Shown one piece after another: positions 53,061 through 61,841 of a stretch of 64,000 bases of DNA. Every line of letters begins with the position of its first letter. The stretch's first letter is position 1. Origin of the DNA: Alphaproteobacteria bacterium. GTDB lineage: Bacteria; Pseudomonadota; Alphaproteobacteria; MPNO01; UBA830. The notes below the pieces were generated by a model. The model made no database searches. It had not been told where the DNA came from and saw only the letters and a list, made by a program, of their open reading frames with translations. Both the position numbers and the translations under genes were made by a program. Where the stretch lies: contig OZ251539.1 in assembly GCA_965243135.1 (NCBI GenBank), forward strand, positions 3,232,001 through 3,296,000, given 5' to 3'.

Positions 53061-53864
53061 ATGATGAAATACGAAAGCATCCGTTACGAAACGGCGGAGG
53101 GCGTCGCGAAAATCGTCTTCGACCTCCCGCGATACGGCAACGCGCTGGACTTGACCGGCGTTCGCGAAACCCTTGACGCGCTGGTCCGCTCGGAGGCCGA
53201 CGACGCGGTCGGCGCCGTCATGTTCATCGGCTCAGGCAAGGCTTTCTGCTCGGGCTTCAATCTGAAGGAAATTCCGGAAGCGCGGGAGGAAATTCCCGGC
53301 CATTTCCGCGAACTCGCGATGTGGTGGCACCAGGTCTTTCACAAAGTGGTCCATCTCGGGAAACCGGTCTTTTCGGCGGTCAACGGGGTCGCGGCCGGTT
53401 CCGGCCTCGGCCTCGCCCTGTGCTCGGACATGGCGATCTGCACCGACGACGCCCGTTTCCTCTGCGCATGGCATTCGATCGGCCTCGCCAACGACGCGAC
53501 CACGAGCTATTCGCTGGCGAAGATCGTCGGCTTCCGCCGCGCCATGGAACTGATGATGACCAACCGGACGCTCGACGCGCGGGAAGCGCTCGAATGGCAG
53601 ATCGTCAACCGGGTCTACGAGCGGGGCGAATTCGAGAAAAACGCCTGGTCGATCGCGAAGGATCTCGCGGCGGGGCCGACGCACCTGCAAGCCATGGCGA
53701 GAGAAAGCTTTCACCAGGGCTGGCGGCGTTCGGTCGAGGAAGCGACGGAATGCGAGATCCGCAACGTCATGCGGTCGGTGGACGACCCTTTCTTCGGAAA
53801 GGCGCTCGAGCGTTTCCTGGACGGGAACTCCCGCAGCGACGCGCCGGTCGTGCGGCTGCCCTGA
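53061..53864 (+). CDS. fcbB: 4-chlorobenzoyl-CoA dehalogenase (crotonase fold)
   Basis: Colinear with Pseudomonas CBS3 FcbB as recalled: 'FCSGF', 'WWHQ' (His90), 'CAWHSIGLAND' (Trp137, Asp145 nucleophile), 'SYSLAKIVG.RRAMELM.TNRTL', 'PTHLQ.MA.E.FH.GW', 'EI.NV'. Confidence 0.92.
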   Translation: MMKYESIRYETAEGVAKIVFDLPRYGNALDLTGVRETLDALVRSEADDAVGAVMFIGSGKAFCSGFNLKEIPEAREEIPGHFRELAMWWHQVFHKVVHLGKPVFSAVNGVAAGSGLGLALCSDMAICTDDARFLCAWHSIGLANDATTSYSLAKIVGFRRAMELMMTNRTLDAREALEWQIVNRVYERGEFEKNAWSIAKDLAAGPTHLQAMARESFHQGWRRSVEEATECEIRNVMRSVDDPFFGKALERFLDGNSRSDAPVVRLP

Positions 53865-53883
53865 CCGGCGGACGGGCGCGGCA

Positions 53884-55209
53884 ATGTTCCGGAAGCGCGG
53901 ACGGCCCCTCCACATGGGCCGCTTCCCGATGGAGAAGATCAGGCGGGTCGACCGGCCGACGACCCTGATCACCGACGAAATCAAGCGCGTTCCCAAGCGC
54001 GCCGGCTTCTTCGTCCGCGCCTTTTTCGGCGATCTCGGCCCCAAGGCCGGAAAGGAAATCCGCAGATTCATCACCAAGAACCCGCTCAACGCGGCGATGG
54101 GACATCTGCACTGGACGCAGGTTCCCGTCCATCGCGGAGAGCCGTACGCCGACCCGGCGGAGCTGCCCGACGATCCCGAAGAGCTGGCGAGGCACCTCAA
54201 ATCCCTCTGCTACTTTCTCGACGCCGACATCGTCGGCATCTGCGAATGCCCGGAGTGGGCGTGGTACAGCCACGACATGGACGGAAAGCCCATAGACGCG
54301 AAGCACAAATACGCGATCGTCATCGTCGTCGACCAGCGCTGGGAAACCCTGGAAGCGTCGTCGGGAGACGACTGGGTTTCGGGCGCGCAGAGCTATCGAG
54401 CCTACCTGAAAGGGTCGACCATATCCGTGGTCGTCGCCGACTACATCCGCCGTTTGGGCCACGAGGCGCAGGCGCATTCCAACGCCGACGGCGACGTGCT
54501 GCAGATACCTCTGATGCTGCTCGCGGGTCTCGGGGAGATGAGCCGCATCGGCGAACTGGTCCTCAATCCCTTCGTCGGTCCGCGGCACAAGACCGCCGTC
54601 GTCACGACCAACCTTCCTCTCGCGGTCGACAAGCCGATCGATTTCGGGCTGCAGGATTTCTGCGCCAAGTGCATGAAATGCGCCCGCGAATGCCCGGCGC
54701 AGGCGATCCCGTTCGGCGGCAAGGTGCTCTACAACGGCTACGAGACCTGGAAGCCCGACGTCGAAAAATGCACGAAGTACCGGGTGACCAATCCCAAGGG
54801 TTCGTCCTGCGGCCGGTGCATGAAGATGTGCCCCTGGAACAAGGAGGGTTTGCTGCGGCACCGGCTCGCGATGTGGGCGGCCATCAGGTTGAAATGGTCG
54901 CGCCGCCTTTTGATCTGGCTGGACGACAAGATGGGATACGGCAGGCGCGATCCGGCGAACAAGTGGTGGTTCGACCTCGAAACGGCGAAGAAGAACGGGC
55001 GCGCCTTCGTCAGCGGGAAGGCGAGCGAGCGCGACCTCTCGCTCGACCGGGATACTTCCGGGGGCAACGACGGGATCGCGGTCTATCCCGTCGAGACTCT
55101 TCCGGAGGCCGATCGGAAGGAAGCCGTGCCTACCGACCGCCGAACCGGGTTGCGCGACACGAGGAATGCCGAGGCCGCCCTGCGGCGCGCGAAACAGGCG
55201 CGCAACTGA
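53884..55209 (+). CDS. rdhA: Cobalamin-dependent reductive dehalogenase, catabolic (non-respiratory) type
   Basis: 'GRFPME.I.RVD.PTT', 'AGLGEMSRIGE..LNPFVGPR.K..VVTT', two Fe-S motifs 'CAKCMKCARECP' and 'C...CGRCMKMCPWN', 'KWWFDLE'; no Tat signal, no rdhB. Confidence 0.92.
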   Translation: MFRKRGRPLHMGRFPMEKIRRVDRPTTLITDEIKRVPKRAGFFVRAFFGDLGPKAGKEIRRFITKNPLNAAMGHLHWTQVPVHRGEPYADPAELPDDPEELARHLKSLCYFLDADIVGICECPEWAWYSHDMDGKPIDAKHKYAIVIVVDQRWETLEASSGDDWVSGAQSYRAYLKGSTISVVVADYIRRLGHEAQAHSNADGDVLQIPLMLLAGLGEMSRIGELVLNPFVGPRHKTAVVTTNLPLAVDKPIDFGLQDFCAKCMKCARECPAQAIPFGGKVLYNGYETWKPDVEKCTKYRVTNPKGSSCGRCMKMCPWNKEGLLRHRLAMWAAIRLKWSRRLLIWLDDKMGYGRRDPANKWWFDLETAKKNGRAFVSGKASERDLSLDRDTSGGNDGIAVYPVETLPEADRKEAVPTDRRTGLRDTRNAEAALRRAKQARN

Positions 55210-55520
55210 AGCAACTTGACGTCCCGCCGCGCTGACGCGTTCTCCGCAGGAACGCCCCGGGCGCGTCCGCTTGTCGCCGCCGTCGGCAACTCCGCTCGCC
55301 GACGCCCGGTGCGCTTGCGCGCAACGAGACCGGGGATCGAGGCGTGCCGCCGGCGGCGCGAGGTCCGGGCGACAGGCTTTCCGTTCCGCATGAACCTCGC
55401 CGGACCGCCTCTCCGCCCAACAACTCTCCGCATGAGCCTTGATTTTCCGAGGATTTCCCAAAAAAATCCTTGTATTTTTCCAAAAAACTTGTCGTTTGCG
55501 TGAAAATGGCGGACTTCATC

Positions 55521-55754
55521 ATGGTCGAAGCCACGATCACCTTGAGAGGGCAAACGACGTTGCCGAAATCCGTCCGAAAGGCGCTCGGCGTCGGGGCAGG
55601 AGACCGCATACGTTATGTCATTGAAGACGGTCAGGTTCGCGTCTTGCCCGTTCGCCCGCTCGACCGGCTATTCGGCGCGTTGAACTACGACGGGCCGCTC
55701 GCAACGCTGGAGGATATGGAGCGCGCGATCGCCGAAGGCGCCGATGAAACATGA
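55521..55754 (+). CDS. AbrB/MazE/SpoVT-family antitoxin
   Basis: 'ATITLRGQTTLPKSVRKALGVGAGDRIRY'. Confidence 0.88.
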   Translation: MVEATITLRGQTTLPKSVRKALGVGAGDRIRYVIEDGQVRVLPVRPLDRLFGALNYDGPLATLEDMERAIAEGADET

Positions 55755-56125
55755 TCGCACCAATGTTCTCGTCCGGTGCGAGAGACGACGCCGAACAGGC
55801 GGAAGCCGCGCGCGCTGTCGGGAGAGCTAACGGAAGAACGCCCGGGCCTCGTCCGCCGCGAGGTCATGGTCGAACTTGTTTGGGCACTGCGTCGCACGTA
55901 CGGAATCTCCCGCAGCCAGGAGGCCGACATGCTCGAAGAACTGGTTATCTCGAAGGAACTCGAAGTCGAGGCAGGGGTTGACGTCGCGAGCGCCGCTCTC
56001 CGCTACCGTCAGGGCATTGCGGATTTTATTTCAGCCGCGGCGGAACGATCAGGCGCGTCCGCACCTTCGACCGAAAGGCCGCAAGGCTCGACTCCGCGGC
56101 GCTGCTGGAGCAACCAACGGCTTGA
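55751..56125 (+). pseudogene. PIN/VapC toxin pseudogene
   Basis: Coupled to the antitoxin (ATGA overlap); fragments 'RDDAEQAEAARA', 'EVMVELVWALRRTYG', 'YRQGIADF', 'RKARLRG' lie in different frames; catalytic 'DTN' lost. Confidence 0.8.
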
Positions 56126-56368
56126 GCGAAGCCGCGCCTCGGACCTCGCCGGTCTGCCTGCCGAACGAACAACGGCGGACCCGGCCGGGGGGCGCAGCAA
56201 CGAACGAACGGCCACGGCGCGCGATCTCGCGCCGCCGACGTACCGCGCCGGACGATTCGCAGGCTCCTGCAGCACCCCTGCCGCCGGCAAACCTCCGGCG
56301 CGCAATTGCGCTCCGGGCCGGCAACGCCCCTGGCGCCTGCGCAAGGCAAGGCGCTCAGGCGAAACCGG

Positions 56369-57391
56369 TCAGCCGGCCGAACCTGACAAGCGCTCCGCCC
56401 GATCGTCGACCTCGTCCGCGAGACGCGCCTTTTCCGCATCGTCGAGGAACGATGCGGCGACGGAGTTGCGCGCCAGCGCGACGACGTCCTCGATCGACAG
56501 ATCGAGCGCATCCTTCACGGCGATGTAGTTGTCCGCGACGTACCCCCCGAAATAAGCCGGATCGTCGGAGTTCACCGTCACCATCAGCCCCGCGTCCAGC
56601 ATCCGCTTGAGCGGATGGTCGCGCATGTCCGTCACCCCGCACAGCTTGAGATTGGACAATGGACAGACGGTCAACGGCACCTGCTCGTCCGCGAGGCGCC
56701 GAACCAGCGCCGGATCCTCCAGCGCCCGGTTGCCGTGATCGATCCGGGCGACCTGGAGCAGATCGAGCGCCTCGCGGACGTATTCCGGAGGGCCTTCCTC
56801 GCCGGCATGGGCGACGGTCAGGAATCCCGCCTCGCGCGCCTTCCTGAATACCCGCTCGAACTTCCGGGGCGGATGTCCCCGCTCGGTGGAGTCCAGGCCG
56901 ACCGCGGCAATCCGGTCGCGATAGGGCATCGCCTGCTCCAGGGTCCGGAACGCGTCCTCCTCGTCCAGGTGCCGAAGAAAGCACATGATCAGTCGCGAGG
57001 TAACGCCGGTCTCCTCCAAACCCGCATCCAAGCCGCGCCGAACGCCCTCGATCGCCGTCTCGAACGGGACCCCGCGCTCCGTGTGGCCCTGCGGATCGAA
57101 GAAAATCTCCGCGTGCGCGACGCCGTCGCGGCGCGCGCGCCGCAGATAGGCCGTCGTAAGGTCGCAGAAATCCTCTTCGCGCAGCAATACGCTCATGCCC
57201 TGGTAGTAGATGTCGAGAAACGACTGCAGGTTTTCGAAAGAGTAGGCGGCGCGGACCTCTTCGACCGAACCGAAGGGAAGTTCCACGCCGTTGCGGCGGG
57301 CAAGCTCGAACATGAGCTCCGGTTCCAGAGTGCCTTCGATGTGGACGTGCAGTTCGGTTTTCGGAAGTTTCCGTATGAAGTCGTCGGTCAT
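56369..57391 (-). CDS. Adenosine/adenine deaminase
   Basis: 'PKTELHVHIEGTLEP', 'AHAGEEGP', 'RIDHG', 'CPLSN', 'NSDDPAYF'. Confidence 0.95.
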   Translation of the reverse strand: MTDDFIRKLPKTELHVHIEGTLEPELMFELARRNGVELPFGSVEEVRAAYSFENLQSFLDIYYQGMSVLLREEDFCDLTTAYLRRARRDGVAHAEIFFDPQGHTERGVPFETAIEGVRRGLDAGLEETGVTSRLIMCFLRHLDEEDAFRTLEQAMPYRDRIAAVGLDSTERGHPPRKFERVFRKAREAGFLTVAHAGEEGPPEYVREALDLLQVARIDHGNRALEDPALVRRLADEQVPLTVCPLSNLKLCGVTDMRDHPLKRMLDAGLMVTVNSDDPAYFGGYVADNYIAVKDALDLSIEDVVALARNSVAASFLDDAEKARLADEVDDRAERLSGSAG

Positions 57392-57473
57392 CTCAAGCCT
57401 TTCCTCGGTGCGCAAACGGATCTGGAATGCTACGCTCGACGGCATCGCCAACCAAGTAAGGGACCTCGCGGAG

Positions 57474-59105
57474 ATGGGCAACGAAAAATCGTTCGATTAC
57501 GTGATCGTCGGCGCAGGGTCGGCAGGTTGCACGCTCGCGAACCGGCTGACGGAAGATCCGGAGATCCGCGTGCTCGTGATCGAGGCCGGCGGCAGCGACC
57601 GACATCCCTACATCACGGTTCCCCTCGGCTGGGGAAAGATTCTGTTCGAACGGCTGTTCGACTGGGGCTACTTCACGCAGCCCGAAGCCCGGTTCGACGG
57701 GCGCGAGGTCGAATGCGCGCGCGGCAAGGTTCTGGGGGGATCTTCGTCCATCAACGCCATGGGCTACGTGCGCGGCCATCGGGAAGACTACGATCGCTGG
57801 AGCCGCAACGGCTGCAAGGGCTGGTCCTACGCCGAATGCCTGCCCTATTTCCGGAAATCGGAGGACTGGGAAAAGGGCGGCGACGACTATCGCGGCGCCG
57901 GCGGCCCTCTGACCACGATCGAAAACAAGTACCCCGACCCGCTCCTGCAGGCGTGGCTGGACGCCGGAGAGGCGGCGGGCTACGGAACCACTCCCGACTT
58001 CAACGGCGCCAGGAACGAGGGACTCGGAGTCTTCCAGTCCACCATACGCAACGGTCGCCGATGCAGCGCCGCGGTGGCCTATCTGCGCCCGGCCATGCGG
58101 AGGCCGAACCTCTCCGTCGTCACGAAGGCGCTCGCCGGCAAGGTCGTTCTGGAGGGCTCGCGCGCCGTCGGCGTCGAATACTCCGTCTCCGGAGGCGCTC
58201 CCGAAGTCGCGCGCGCGGACCGCGAGGTCATCCTGTCCGGCGGAGTGATCAACTCGCCGCAATTGTTGATGCTGTCGGGGATCGGAGACGGAGACCGCCT
58301 GAAGGCGCACGGGATCGAGGCGGCCGTCCACGCTCCCGGCGTGGGCCGGAACCTGCAGGATCACCTGTCCGTGGGCGTCGAATACGAGAGAATCGGCGAC
58401 GGGCCGTTCGTCGGCCTGCTGCGCTACGACAGGATCGCTCTCGCGATGATGCGGGCGTACTTCTTCGGCACCGGCTTCGCCACCGAAATGCCGGGCCCCC
58501 TGACCGGCTTTCTGCATTCGAAGGACGGACTGGCGCAGCCCGACATCCAGCTCCTCGCCCGCTTCATACCGCCGGAGTCGCAACCGTGGTTCCCGGGCGC
58601 GCGCCGCAAGCCCACGGACGCCTTCATGGTCCGGCCCGTCCTGCTGCACCCGGCGAGCCGCGGCGAGCTGACGCTGAAGTCCGCGGACCCGGCCGACCAC
58701 ATGCTGATCCATCAGAACTTCCTGGCCGAGCCGGAAGACCGGCAGACGCTGCGCGACGGCATCGAGATGGTGCGCCGCATCGCTTCGCAGAAACCGCTCG
58801 ACGGATTTCGCGGACCGGAGATCCAGCCGGGGAACGAACCCGTCGACGACTTCATCAAGCGGACCGCATGGACCGCCCATCACCCGCTCGGCACCTGCAA
58901 GATGGGCCCCGACGACGACCCGCTCGCCGTCGTCGATTCGGAACTGCGCGTTCGGGGCGCCGAAAACCTGCGCGTCGTCGACGGATCCGTGTTTCCCGAC
59001 ATGATCGGCGGCAACATCAATGCGCCGATCATCATGTTCGCGGAGCGCATCTCCGACCTGCTTCGCGGACGAAAACCGCTCGCCCCCGCGAAGGTCGCGG
59101 CCTGA
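57474..59105 (+). CDS. GMC oxidoreductase (choline dehydrogenase/4-pyridoxate dehydrogenase-like)
   Basis: 'IVGAGSAGC', 'RGKVLGGSSSINAM', 'GRNLQDH', 'HHPLGTCKMG', 'GNINAP'. Confidence 0.93.
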   Translation: MGNEKSFDYVIVGAGSAGCTLANRLTEDPEIRVLVIEAGGSDRHPYITVPLGWGKILFERLFDWGYFTQPEARFDGREVECARGKVLGGSSSINAMGYVRGHREDYDRWSRNGCKGWSYAECLPYFRKSEDWEKGGDDYRGAGGPLTTIENKYPDPLLQAWLDAGEAAGYGTTPDFNGARNEGLGVFQSTIRNGRRCSAAVAYLRPAMRRPNLSVVTKALAGKVVLEGSRAVGVEYSVSGGAPEVARADREVILSGGVINSPQLLMLSGIGDGDRLKAHGIEAAVHAPGVGRNLQDHLSVGVEYERIGDGPFVGLLRYDRIALAMMRAYFFGTGFATEMPGPLTGFLHSKDGLAQPDIQLLARFIPPESQPWFPGARRKPTDAFMVRPVLLHPASRGELTLKSADPADHMLIHQNFLAEPEDRQTLRDGIEMVRRIASQKPLDGFRGPEIQPGNEPVDDFIKRTAWTAHHPLGTCKMGPDDDPLAVVDSELRVRGAENLRVVDGSVFPDMIGGNINAPIIMFAERISDLLRGRKPLAPAKVAA

Positions 59106-59115
59106 GGAGAACGCG

Positions 59116-59571
59116 ATGAACAGCGTCATCGAGGTCGAACGCGTCGATCACGTCGGCATACGGGTTTCGGACGGGGACCGCGCGGTCCGGTTCTACGAAT
59201 TGCTGGGATTCGAAGTCGTCGAGCGCGTCTCTTTCGATCCGGTGATCATCATCCGCAATCCGAGGAACGTGGAGATCAATCTGATCGCGAACGCGGCGCC
59301 CGAACACGACGGCAGCAACGTTCTCATGGACGCCGGCGCCAAATACGCCGGCATGACCCATCTGGCGCTGCGGGTCTCTTCGATCTCCGAAACGATGGAT
59401 ATCCTCAAGCGGGAAGGCATCGAGATCACCCAGGGTCCGGTCGCGTTCGGCCGCGACGGGCACGTATCGCTGTTCGTCCGGGATCCGGATCGCAACGTCA
59501 TCGAACTGCGCGCCCGCGCGGAAAACCTTGCGGAAATCGAAGGACTCCGGCAATATGAAAACTTGAATTAG
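59116..59571 (+). CDS. VOC (glyoxalase/bleomycin resistance) family protein
   Basis: 'DHVGIRV', 'THLALRV', 'FVRDPDRNVIEL'. Confidence 0.9.
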   Translation: MNSVIEVERVDHVGIRVSDGDRAVRFYELLGFEVVERVSFDPVIIIRNPRNVEINLIANAAPEHDGSNVLMDAGAKYAGMTHLALRVSSISETMDILKREGIEITQGPVAFGRDGHVSLFVRDPDRNVIELRARAENLAEIEGLRQYENLN

Positions 59572-59835
59572 ACTGCGGTTGGAGCGGGCGCCAGCGTCCG
59601 GACGGAGACCTGAACGGTTCCGGACGTCCGGCGGGGACTTGAAGAATCAACGAACGGAACCGGGCGCAGCGGCCTTTCCTCCGAAACGAAGAAGCCGCGC
59701 GACGGCAAGCGGGGCCGGTCTTGTCGCCGGGGAGCCGCGCGCGATGAACGGCCTTCCCGCTCCCGCGGCTCGCTCCCGACCTTCGGAACCGGAACGACCT
59801 TCTGAGGGCCGCGGCCCCACAACGGAGAGGAAAAC

Positions 59836-60336
59836 ATGAAGAAATCCAGCAAAATCGCGTCCGCGGTCATAGCGGGCGCCGTCTGCACGGCGCAGATCGC
59901 CGTCGCCGACGAGAGCGGAAGCTTCGACGCGATCGAAAGCGCGGTCCACGACTATACGGTGATGGAGCACGCGGGGACGACCATCACCAGCGGTCCGCTG
60001 CATGGAACGACCACCGTCCTCAACAGCAGCGGCGGCCCTTTCGCGGAGGGCAGCCATCACAGCGCCACCTGCCTGGTCTATGCGAAGAAATCGGCTGGCG
60101 GCGTGGATCTTGAAGCGCCCTGCGTCTTCACCGACTCGTCGGGCGACAAATGGTACCTGATAGCCAAAAGAAGCGCTGGAGACACCGCTGTCGGCGGCGG
60201 CGGCAAGGGCAACCAACGCATCGTCGGCGGCACCGGCAAATACGCCGGCATCACCGGAAACTGTCCCTACGAGACCAAATATCTCCCGAACAAATGGCTC
60301 GTCTCGACCTCGACCTGCACCTGGCAAAAACCGTGA
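59836..60336 (+). CDS. Secreted beta-barrel-like protein (dirigent/allene oxide cyclase-like motif), copy 1
   Basis: RBS GGAGAGG, signal peptide, 'IVGGTGKYAGITG', four Cys in the mature part. Confidence 0.8.
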   Translation: MKKSSKIASAVIAGAVCTAQIAVADESGSFDAIESAVHDYTVMEHAGTTITSGPLHGTTTVLNSSGGPFAEGSHHSATCLVYAKKSAGGVDLEAPCVFTDSSGDKWYLIAKRSAGDTAVGGGGKGNQRIVGGTGKYAGITGNCPYETKYLPNKWLVSTSTCTWQKP

Positions 60337-60613
60337 TCCCGCTTCCGCCGCCCGCGACGCGGGAACGGCGGTCGGCAGCCGGTACGCAAGGATCCTGGAA
60401 CGACCCGCGGCGAACCGGTTTCCCGGATCGTGGAGCTCGCCGCGGGAATCGAAATGCGCCTTCGGCATTCGCGCGATCCTGCGGTCTATAGCCGGCGCCG
60501 CGCGGCGGCGCGCCGGGTATGGCAGGCAACTCTCGCTCTTCCGAGGCGCGGTCCCGCTCTCGGAACCGAAGGGATCTTCCGACGGCCGCGGCCCGGCAAC
60601 CGGTGAGGAAAGC

Positions 60614-61096
60614 ATGAAGAAATCCGGCAAAATCGCCTCCGCCGCCATAGTTGGCGTCGTTTGCGCGGCGCGGATCGCCGTCGCCGGCGAGAGCGGAAGC
60701 TTCGACCTGCTCGAAAGCTACGTCCACGACTATACGGTCATGGAACATCGGGGAACCGCCATCACCGGCGGTCCGCTGCATGGAACGGCGACCATCGTCA
60801 GGAGCGGCGCCGGCCCTTTCGCGCAGGGCAGCCGTCACAGCGCCAAGTGTCTCGTCTACGCGAAGGAATCGGCCGGCGGCGCCGATCTCGAGGCGCCCTG
60901 CGTCTTCGCCGACTCGTCGGGCGACAAATGGTACATGCTGGTGAAAGAAAGCGATGCCGGCGGCAAGGGCAACCAGCGCATCGTCGGCGGCACCGGCAAA
61001 TTCGCCGGCGTCGCCGGAAACTGCTCCTACGAGCTTGGAAATCTCCCGGACAAATGGCTCGTCGTCGCCTCCACCTGCGCCTGGCAAAAACCGTGA
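60614..61096 (+). CDS. Secreted beta-barrel-like protein, copy 2 (tandem paralog)
   Basis: Colinear with 59836..60336, with a 6-aa shorter loop before 'GGKGNQRIVGGTGK'; upstream region also homologous. Confidence 0.8.
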   Translation: MKKSGKIASAAIVGVVCAARIAVAGESGSFDLLESYVHDYTVMEHRGTAITGGPLHGTATIVRSGAGPFAQGSRHSAKCLVYAKESAGGADLEAPCVFADSSGDKWYMLVKESDAGGKGNQRIVGGTGKFAGVAGNCSYELGNLPDKWLVVASTCAWQKP

Positions 61097-61310
61097 CCTT
61101 GGCGTCTACCTCCTGAAGCGCGCGCCGCCGGGAAAGAGGGAGCGCCAGACGCCGGGCGAGCGTCGCGCCGGGAAGCCGGAAGATGCCTTCGCGCGGCGTC
61201 CGGCGGATCGCCCCGCCGCAAGTCGGCAACCACCGCAACGCGCCGGACGCGCCCGAAACCCGGAGGCAAGACCGCGCCTCGCTCCCCGGCGTCCCGGCGC
61301 GTTCGCCAAC

Positions 61311-61841
61311 TCAAAGCCACCATTGCATGACGTAATCGTAAGGGCCTTCGCGGTTGACCAGATCGACCCGCTGCAGCGCAATGCGGTACCCGTCGTCGGC
61401 CTTCTTCAGGAAATGACGGTACCGGCCGCAAAAATGCCGGACGCTGTAGCGCAGGTATTCGGCGCAGTAGAAGCGCGACCTCGCGACGATATCGCCGTTC
61501 GCGTCCTCGCTTTCCACGATCACCCCGGAAACCACGTGGCACAGCCGGTTGTTCGGAGACTGGCTGTGCGCTCGCGGATGGTCGTTGCGGCGGATGCGCA
61601 TCAGCATCAGTTCGCGGTCTTCCCAGAAAATGTTGGGGACGCCGTCGCCGTCCGTCTGGTCTTCCTCCGCCGGCATCCAGTACCGCCCGTCCGCGGCGAA
61701 CAGGGCGAGCCATTCGTCCCATCGCTTCTCGTCGAGGATCTCGGCCTGGAGGTAAAGAAAGCGCTCGACCGCAAGCTGCGTCTCGACGGAGACGTCGGCC
61801 GTCGCGAACGGAGCCGCGAGCTTCTCCGTGGCGGCGCTCAC
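61311..61841 (-). CDS. Aromatic ring-hydroxylating dioxygenase beta subunit
   Basis: GTG start overlapping the alpha stop; 'RFLYLQAEILDEKRWDEWLALF..DGRYWMP', 'RI.R......SQ.P..R..H', 'RVDLVN'. Confidence 0.88.
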   Translation of the reverse strand: MSAATEKLAAPFATADVSVETQLAVERFLYLQAEILDEKRWDEWLALFAADGRYWMPAEEDQTDGDGVPNIFWEDRELMLMRIRRNDHPRAHSQSPNNRLCHVVSGVIVESEDANGDIVARSRFYCAEYLRYSVRHFCGRYRHFLKKADDGYRIALQRVDLVNREGPYDYVMQWWL

